Origin: Methanobacteriota archaeon
GTDB taxonomy: Archaea > Thermoplasmatota > Thermoplasmata > SG8-5 > JAGLSY01
Direction: 5' to 3'
Assembly (NCBI GenBank): GCA_020697715.1
Contig: JAEHCO010000001.1
Coordinates: forward strand, 128,001 to 192,000
DNA: 64,000 bases
Numbering within the stretch: the first letter of the stretch is position 1; every line of letters starts with the position of its first letter. The position numbers and the translations under genes were made by a program. This document shows, in pieces, positions 58,031 to 64,000 of the stretch. The notes under the pieces were generated by a model. It searched no databases. It was not told the origin of the DNA and saw nothing but the letters and a program-made list of their open reading frames with translations.

Positions 58031-59011
58031 TCAAAGCCATAGATGTAATGTCACTTCTTCGTAAACTGACTCGAATGAATGCTGGACATGCAATCTTGCA
58101 GACATATGATTCTTACTTGAATAGCCAGAGTCAATATATTCTGCCCCCATCTCTCCCATCAGAGCGATCGTTCCTCCAAACAATCGCTTACCCAGACCCT
58201 TACCTCTGAAGGATGAGTCTAGAGCCAGATGCCGCATTCGGGCATAATTGTAACCTGTTGTTTCTGACAAGGTTTTATCCATTTTAAAAGCGAAATATCC
58301 AGCCACTTCACCATCTGATTCTATGACGGCTATAGGATCTTTATTTTTCCAGGCGGTCTTGACCCATTTCGCAGGCATGGAATTAACCTTTTCCTTGCTA
58401 AATCCAGTATCACAATGAAAATGACTGCGGGGGAATGAATTACCACCCGCAATCTCCACCACCCTTTCTATATCTGCATCGGTCATAAGTCTGACGTCTT
58501 TAGGGCGAACTATCACACCTTCCTCAAATTTCAATACTGGCCATATTATATTTTCATAATATCTAAATCCATTTGATTCAAGTAGATGGATAAGAGCTAT
58601 ATTATCACCATTAATTCTAGATGATACGAATTTAACCCCGCACCCTCTAAGGTGATCCAAGCATTCTCCAACCATATTTTCGATGGCAGGACCATCTCGA
58701 GAAATGAATACATTGATAGAGGCCATTCTGAAACCAAAATGATCCTCATCCCATTTAGGGACCCTGCATCCAATGAGGTTTGGATGGTCGGAGGCCATCT
58801 CGAAGAAGAATGTCCATTCACTATCCATCATATTTCCATTTAATTGTGAAAGAATAAGATCCTCCCACGTATTATCCTTCTTCGATGGATAATGTTTATA
58901 CTGCCCATAGGCATAGCTTGGCAATGACTCTGCCACTTTGGCCAACATGTCTTCGATCTGCCGCTCTGAGAGCTTCGCCCCCTTAGAAAACACAGTGGCC
59001 CCTGTTGGCAT
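58031..59011 (-). CDS. GNAT acetyltransferase, WecD-like (nucleotide amino-sugar N-acetyltransferase)
   Basis: WDEDHFG, LESNGF, SHFHCD..F, FRGKGLGK; TAATG coupling to the upstream gene. Confidence 0.75.
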   Translation of the reverse strand: MPTGATVFSKGAKLSERQIEDMLAKVAESLPSYAYGQYKHYPSKKDNTWEDLILSQLNGNMMDSEWTFFFEMASDHPNLIGCRVPKWDEDHFGFRMASINVFISRDGPAIENMVGECLDHLRGCGVKFVSSRINGDNIALIHLLESNGFRYYENIIWPVLKFEEGVIVRPKDVRLMTDADIERVVEIAGGNSFPRSHFHCDTGFSKEKVNSMPAKWVKTAWKNKDPIAVIESDGEVAGYFAFKMDKTLSETTGYNYARMRHLALDSSFRGKGLGKRLFGGTIALMGEMGAEYIDSGYSSKNHMSARLHVQHSFESVYEEVTLHLWL

Positions 59012-59985
59012 TATGGCACCGGCCCATGCATCAATTTCTTGTACCATTGCACCGTCTCTTTAATTCCTTCATCGAAACTTGTTTTTACTTTAAAGTCAAA
59101 TAATTTCTCGGCCAATGTTATATCTCCCCTGTGTCTACGCACATCGGCCAATCGCTCACCTTCAAAAATGAACTCACCCTCATAATCCAACTCTTTAGCA
59201 ATAGCCTTGATCATGTCCAAAATAGTGATCTCCTTAGCAGTGGCTAGATTGATGGTTTTTCCCCTTGTAACTTTGCTATTATAGATCTGAAGCATACCTT
59301 CCACGGTGTCGCTCACATAAATATAATCACGGGTCTGGAGGCCATCACCATGAATTATCGGTTGCTTGCCTGCCATTATTCTTTCGATCGTTATAGGGAT
59401 CACACCTGCATAGCTGCCCTCGTTCTGCCTAGGGCCAAAATTATTGAATGGCCGAACAATAGCGGTGTCAAGGTCAAATGTATTCTCATAAGACTCCACA
59501 AGCAGGTCAGAAGCCGCCTTGCTAGCCGCATAAGGTGTCGTGGGTTTCAGTGGGTGGGACTCTGTCATTATGTGCTCTTGAGCCGTCCCATAGGCCTCGG
59601 ATGATGAGCAATGGATAAGAGTATCATACATCCCTTCCTTCAATAGCTCCAGAACTGAAAGAGCGATGTTTATATTATCCTCACAGGTTATTTTAGGCAG
59701 ATTGTGAGAGGTCAGCAAAGGCACTACAGCGAGATTGAAAACGACATCCACATTCTCTATAGCAAAAATATTCTTCATTTTTTCGTAATGGCCAGCATCT
59801 TGATAATATAGTTTGATATTTTCAAAGCTCTTTATAGCGGGCTCGATATTCTTATGTTTCCCTAAGAAAAAATTATCAATTATTATTATCTTTTCAGGCT
59901 CTTCTTTTACAAGCCTGTCTACCAAATGGCTACCAATGAAGCCTGCTCCACCAGTCACTACTATTGTCTTGTCTTTAAGATTCAT
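59011..59985 (-). CDS. NAD-dependent epimerase/dehydratase (nucleotide sugar)
   Basis: VTGGAGFIGSH, SSSEAYG, PYAASK, RPFNNFGPRQ, GDGLQTRDY. Confidence 0.88.
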   Translation of the reverse strand: MNLKDKTIVVTGGAGFIGSHLVDRLVKEEPEKIIIIDNFFLGKHKNIEPAIKSFENIKLYYQDAGHYEKMKNIFAIENVDVVFNLAVVPLLTSHNLPKITCEDNINIALSVLELLKEGMYDTLIHCSSSEAYGTAQEHIMTESHPLKPTTPYAASKAASDLLVESYENTFDLDTAIVRPFNNFGPRQNEGSYAGVIPITIERIMAGKQPIIHGDGLQTRDYIYVSDTVEGMLQIYNSKVTRGKTINLATAKEITILDMIKAIAKELDYEGEFIFEGERLADVRRHRGDITLAEKLFDFKVKTSFDEGIKETVQWYKKLMHGPVP

Positions 59986-59986
59986 A

Positions 59987-60937
59987 TCATGCCTCCGATT
60001 CATCATCCAGATAATTTGGTATCGGATTATCCCTTATCTTTTTTCCTGGTATGCCCATTACTACCGAGTGGTTGGCAATATTCTTTGTAACCACTGTACC
60101 CATACCAAGTGTGCTGTTCTTGCCTATATTCAACCCATCTCTTATGCACACACATGGAGCAACCCAGGTATAATCATCTATGTGAGTACTGCCGCCAACA
60201 AGTGTGAGGGCTATTATCACACAATGCCTGCCTATAATGACATTATGCGCGATGTGGCACAGATTATCTATCTTAGTGCCCTTACCTATAATTGTGTCTC
60301 CTAATGTTCCACGATCTATGCATGTATTTGCTCCGATCTCTACATCATCATCGATGACAATGCCACCAACATGAGGGAATCCCAATAATTCACCCGTATC
60401 GCTCCTCTCATAGCCAAAACCAGTAGAACCGATGACCACACCCGAATGTATTATCACATTCTCACCAATACGAGTATTGTCATTGATGGTCACATTGCCA
60501 TGGATTATTGTGCCTTTACCTATGATGACCTTGCCTATATTGGTATTCGGTCCGATGGAGACCTCTGGATCGATTATCGCCTCTTTGTCAACTGTAGCTT
60601 CTGAAGAAATACCATACTTGATCTTCTCCTCGAAAAATCCTTTCAATATCTTTATGTAGGACATTCTGGGGTTTTCAACAAGTATTATAACTTTTTCTGG
60701 AAAATCAGACTCTGAAAAATCACAGGAGTTCGGACAGATAATTACGGTTGCAACAGAGTCATTGATAATTTTTCTGGCTTCTTCTGTCTCTCTCTTATTG
60801 CAAAAAGCAATGGATGATCTTATGGATCCATTGATAGGAGATGGGGCAGTGATCACCATATCCCTAAATCCCAATATTTTATGTTCATTGATCAAGGATT
60901 GGCATATATCTTTCAATTCAATATTCCATTCATTCAT
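59987..60937 (-). CDS. LpxD-like left-handed beta-helix N-acyltransferase
   Basis: NPRMSY, GFGYE, VEIGANTCIDRGTLGDTIIG.GTKIDNL.HIAHN. Confidence 0.85.
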   Translation of the reverse strand: MNEWNIELKDICQSLINEHKILGFRDMVITAPSPINGSIRSSIAFCNKRETEEARKIINDSVATVIICPNSCDFSESDFPEKVIILVENPRMSYIKILKGFFEEKIKYGISSEATVDKEAIIDPEVSIGPNTNIGKVIIGKGTIIHGNVTINDNTRIGENVIIHSGVVIGSTGFGYERSDTGELLGFPHVGGIVIDDDVEIGANTCIDRGTLGDTIIGKGTKIDNLCHIAHNVIIGRHCVIIALTLVGGSTHIDDYTWVAPCVCIRDGLNIGKNSTLGMGTVVTKNIANHSVVMGIPGKKIRDNPIPNYLDDESEA

Positions 60938-61697
60938 CTATTTCAGCCTCCAATTCCAGTAGGTTCATAAGAGTGTCCCCATTCAATAAATCTTTGTATG
61001 TGGGATTAACTTGGAATAATTTGTCCAGATTATCGATCGAATCCCTTATGTATTTGGAAAATGCCTTGACATAATCTCCTCCAGCTTCCGACCAATGAAG
61101 AGGATGAAATACAATCTGAACCTGTCTTTTCTTTGCCTCTTCTATAAAGATGAAGGGATCCTTATCACGAAAGTTCATACATGAATCACTCAGGTAAGCG
61201 ACATCACTGAATACCTCATCTGAATAGGCATTGTTATAGCCTTCGAACATTGGAAATTTACCAGTTACCGAAGGATTGTGGAGGCTGATGGAAACTATCT
61301 TGCGTCCGATCACATTCTCAAGGAATGAACATTCTTCATCCACATGATGTGCCAGTTCTTCCTGGGTCACATTTCCATATATGGTCGGATCAAAATGAAG
61401 ACCGATCTCAAATCCTTTTTTTGACATCGCGATCAGGTATTCTCTATTTTTTGAAGATGCGGCATTGTAGAACTGGCAGGTTGCCATAATAAAGAATGTG
61501 GATCTTATTCCAATTTCTTCTTCTACCAATGCCATTTCATAAGCAAGTGAGATATCGAAGTCAACATCATGTCTGAGTATGACACATGATCCATCTTTTC
61601 TTCCTTTCAGTGTGGTAACAGACGATATCTCCTTGGCTCTAGCCATTAAAGCTCTGAAATAGTCATAGGTAAATGGTTTAGGATCATCACTCATCAT
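60930..61697 (-). CDS. Polysaccharide deacetylase-like protein
   Basis: LRHDVD, STFF, EIGLHFD, SLHNP, YLSDS, HPLHW. Confidence 0.75.
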   Translation of the reverse strand: MMSDDPKPFTYDYFRALMARAKEISSVTTLKGRKDGSCVILRHDVDFDISLAYEMALVEEEIGIRSTFFIMATCQFYNAASSKNREYLIAMSKKGFEIGLHFDPTIYGNVTQEELAHHVDEECSFLENVIGRKIVSISLHNPSVTGKFPMFEGYNNAYSDEVFSDVAYLSDSCMNFRDKDPFIFIEEAKKRQVQIVFHPLHWSEAGGDYVKAFSKYIRDSIDNLDKLFQVNPTYKDLLNGDTLMNLLELEAEIDE

Positions 61698-62821
61698 ACT
61701 AACTCCCTGAGTACAGACTCCAATATACTGGACGCCGTATTAATTTCTTCTTCTTCAAGACCATAGTACATTGGTAGTGCTATGGCTCGATTGAAAATAT
61801 CCAATGAATTGGGACATAGATCCCTTGAATCATATACTGGCTGTATATGAGATGCATATGTCCCGATCTGAGCCTGAACTCCCTTAGATTGGAGCTTTTG
61901 AATGACCTTGTTCCGATCAACACCCCTATCTAAAAGAGAAACATAGCTCTGATAAATATGATAAGAATTCTTTGAAGTGACCGGGGCTTCTATAGAATCT
62001 ATCTCCTCGATCTTTTCATCCCAATATTTAGCCAGCTCTCTCTTTCGTTCGATCGTTCTATTGAGCCTCCTTAACTGGACAACACCTACTGCCGCTGTTA
62101 TATCACTCATTTTATAGTTATAGCCAACATCCGTGAACTCGGGAATAAAGAAGCTATCCGTCTCCTCTCTATCCCAGGCTGTTGTTATGCCAAAAACAGA
62201 TAATTTCCTCATCAAGGTTGCAGCAGCTTCATCATTTGTAGCTATCATACCACCTTCGCCCGTCGTCAGGCCTTTGCGCGCATGAAAGGAAAAACATCCA
62301 ATATCACCTATGGCACCTGCAAAACTATCTTTGTACTTTGCACCAAAGGCACAAGCGGCATCCTCGATCACTACTAATCCCTTCTCCGAAGCGATCTTAT
62401 TGATCTCATCCATTTCAGCTGGCTGGCCAAATGTATGTACGGGGATCACTGCCTTTGTTTTTGATGTTATTTTTTCGAGCATCGCCTCTGGATCCATATT
62501 GTATGTTCCAGGATCAACATCTACAAAAATTGGAGATGCACCGCAATACATGACAGAATGCCCAGTAGCGGGGTATGTGTAATCTGCGACCAGAACTTCA
62601 TCTCCTTTGCTGATCCCATGAGCTAGAAGAGCAAGATGCAGGGCGGATGTACAATTAGTGACCGCTATTGAAGAATCTACACCCAGATATTGAGATGCCA
62701 ATAATTCAAACTCCTTCACCTTAGGACCTTGTGATACCCAGCCAGAATCCAGAACATTACGTATTTCCTCGATCTCCTCTGAATCAAAATATGGTCTGAG
62801 AAGTGGTATATTGTGACTCAT
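61694..62821 (-). CDS. DegT/DnrJ/EryC1/StrS sugar aminotransferase
   Basis: SGWVSQGP, NCTSALHL, IEDAACA.G, FSFHARK.LTTGEGG, GYNYKMSD. Confidence 0.92.
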   Translation of the reverse strand: MSHNIPLLRPYFDSEEIEEIRNVLDSGWVSQGPKVKEFELLASQYLGVDSSIAVTNCTSALHLALLAHGISKGDEVLVADYTYPATGHSVMYCGASPIFVDVDPGTYNMDPEAMLEKITSKTKAVIPVHTFGQPAEMDEINKIASEKGLVVIEDAACAFGAKYKDSFAGAIGDIGCFSFHARKGLTTGEGGMIATNDEAAATLMRKLSVFGITTAWDREETDSFFIPEFTDVGYNYKMSDITAAVGVVQLRRLNRTIERKRELAKYWDEKIEEIDSIEAPVTSKNSYHIYQSYVSLLDRGVDRNKVIQKLQSKGVQAQIGTYASHIQPVYDSRDLCPNSLDIFNRAIALPMYYGLEEEEINTASSILESVLRELV

Positions 62822-62867
62822 AAAACCCCTAATCAATTATATGATAATTAGATTTCCCTCTAAATAT

Positions 62868-63998
62868 TCATTGGTCACCTATCAATTTTTCGTAAAGGGT
62901 CACAACAATGTCCATATTTTTGGTAAAATCCCCAATCTCAAGTGCCAGTTTCCTGCTGTTGTCTCCATATGTCTTCATTTTATCCATATCATTGAGAAGG
63001 GCAATGGTCTTTTGTGCCAGGTCCTTTGGATCGCCACCTTTAAAGAACTGGCCATTGAAACCAGGTCTAACTCCAGCCTCCGCACCTGGCCTCTTTGCGA
63101 CTACGCATGGGAGACCGGAACTCATAGCCTCCATGAGAGCAACGCCTATTCCTCCCCCGCCCTTGGTAGGGTGAGGGGTATCGACATACAAATCAGAGCT
63201 GGCCAGATATTTATGGAGGTCAGCATTGGCAATATTGCCAGTGAATACTATCTTATTATCGATCTTCAGATCTTTAGCCAGCTTTTCAAGATCTTTCTTT
63301 TCTGGACCATCCCCGATTATCATGAATCTCACATCATCAAATTCATTCACAATGTCAGGAATGGCCCTGACCAGAGTGTCAATGTTACAAATGTCTACAA
63401 GGTGCCTGACCAGGGTGACCACACGGAGATCTCCATTACCAAAAAGAGATGTTTTGAGCTCGGAAGAGCTGGCATTAGGTGTGAATCTGGTTGTTTCAAC
63501 GCCCCAAGCCTGCAAGAAAATTTTCTCAGGAGGACAACCATATTCGACAAGACGGTCTTTTGCAGTATCATCTCCTGCAAAAACAAGATCTGCCTTACTG
63601 AACATCTGGCTTGATAATTTATTATCCTTATCACGGCCTTTGAAAAGGATGGTAAAGCCCCATGCATGTAAGACCAATGGATGAAAATCAGTTTGTGAAG
63701 CTAGCCAGCCATAATCTGGCAGATAGTGAGCATGGATCAGATCTGGCTTTATTTCATTGATAGCAGTCTTCAATTCCTTGAGACCCAGTGTGATGTAGTG
63801 CTTACCGCCGAAAGCACTCATCGATAGCTTTCGGGGCACTTTTTTGAGGGTCGTAACAGATGGATTGCCCAGAGGGACAAGGTTAATGTTCATTCCTTTA
63901 CCGAAAAGGTCTTTGACCTCGTCCTCTGAATTCTTCGGAAGATAAGCCACATGAACTTCATGATCAGATGCGAAGTGTTCAGCCCATCTCCTGACATG
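62868..63998 (-). CDS. Glycosyltransferase family 4 (5' end beyond the window)
   Basis: Frame is open to the window edge (HVRRWAEHF..); PDLIHAH, IGDGPE, GVALMEAMSSGLP. Confidence 0.88.
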   Translation of the reverse strand, partial: HVRRWAEHFASDHEVHVAYLPKNSEDEVKDLFGKGMNINLVPLGNPSVTTLKKVPRKLSMSAFGGKHYITLGLKELKTAINEIKPDLIHAHYLPDYGWLASQTDFHPLVLHAWGFTILFKGRDKDNKLSSQMFSKADLVFAGDDTAKDRLVEYGCPPEKIFLQAWGVETTRFTPNASSSELKTSLFGNGDLRVVTLVRHLVDICNIDTLVRAIPDIVNEFDDVRFMIIGDGPEKKDLEKLAKDLKIDNKIVFTGNIANADLHKYLASSDLYVDTPHPTKGGGGIGVALMEAMSSGLPCVVAKRPGAEAGVRPGFNGQFFKGGDPKDLAQKTIALLNDMDKMKTYGDNSRKLALEIGDFTKNMDIVVTLYEKLIGDQ

Positions 63999-64000
63999 GA

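Noticed and set aside
59987-60937. True lpxD / lipid A synthesis
   Set aside because: Archaeal context, no lpxA/lpxB/fabZ neighbours, and the gene sits in a nucleotide-sugar cluster.
1-64000. CRISPR array, transposase, rRNA, provirus, defence system
   Set aside because: I saw no regularly spaced repeats and no recognisable such genes; the many short ORFs antisense to housekeeping genes are shadows.

Overview
Archaeal chromosomal core region. Gene order and protein signatures (archaeosortase A, SUI1/Rnp1 inside the S10-spc cluster, extended S19 and L23, SelB-like protein) point to a Thermoplasmatota/Thermoplasmata genome; this placement is inferred. In order, the window holds: a transglutaminase-like gene (partial), asnS, MscS, archaeosortase A, a membrane-tethered double wHTH regulator, tRNA-Ala(GGC), ADP-forming acyl-CoA ligase + DRTGG protein + methyltransferase, pheS, an AT-rich stretch hiding three small ORFs, the L3-to-secY ribosomal operon (minus strand, including an S14 missed by the ORF track), arsC, tRNA-Glu(CTC), a SelB-like protein, two GNATs, an FAD oxidoreductase, an aminotransferase, the psmA-SBDS-exosome-eL43-rpoP superoperon, ion transporters, and the start of a surface-glycan cluster. 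I saw no transposase, integrase, CRISPR array or rRNA. Most unusual signals: (1) both tRNA genes are followed by the same ~80-105 bp layout of T-tract, inverted copy of the tRNA 3' part, hairpins, direct copy of the tRNA 3' end and T-tract; (2) a ~250-nt highly structured leader with a 6-codon uORF and a sequestered SD ahead of the L3 operon; (3) a ~105-aa insertion inside the first winged-helix domain of PheS; (4) long low-complexity tails on many ribosomal proteins; (5) a three-microprotein operon; (6) a candidate structured ncRNA upstream of psmA. All calls were made by eye; no searches or folding programs were run.
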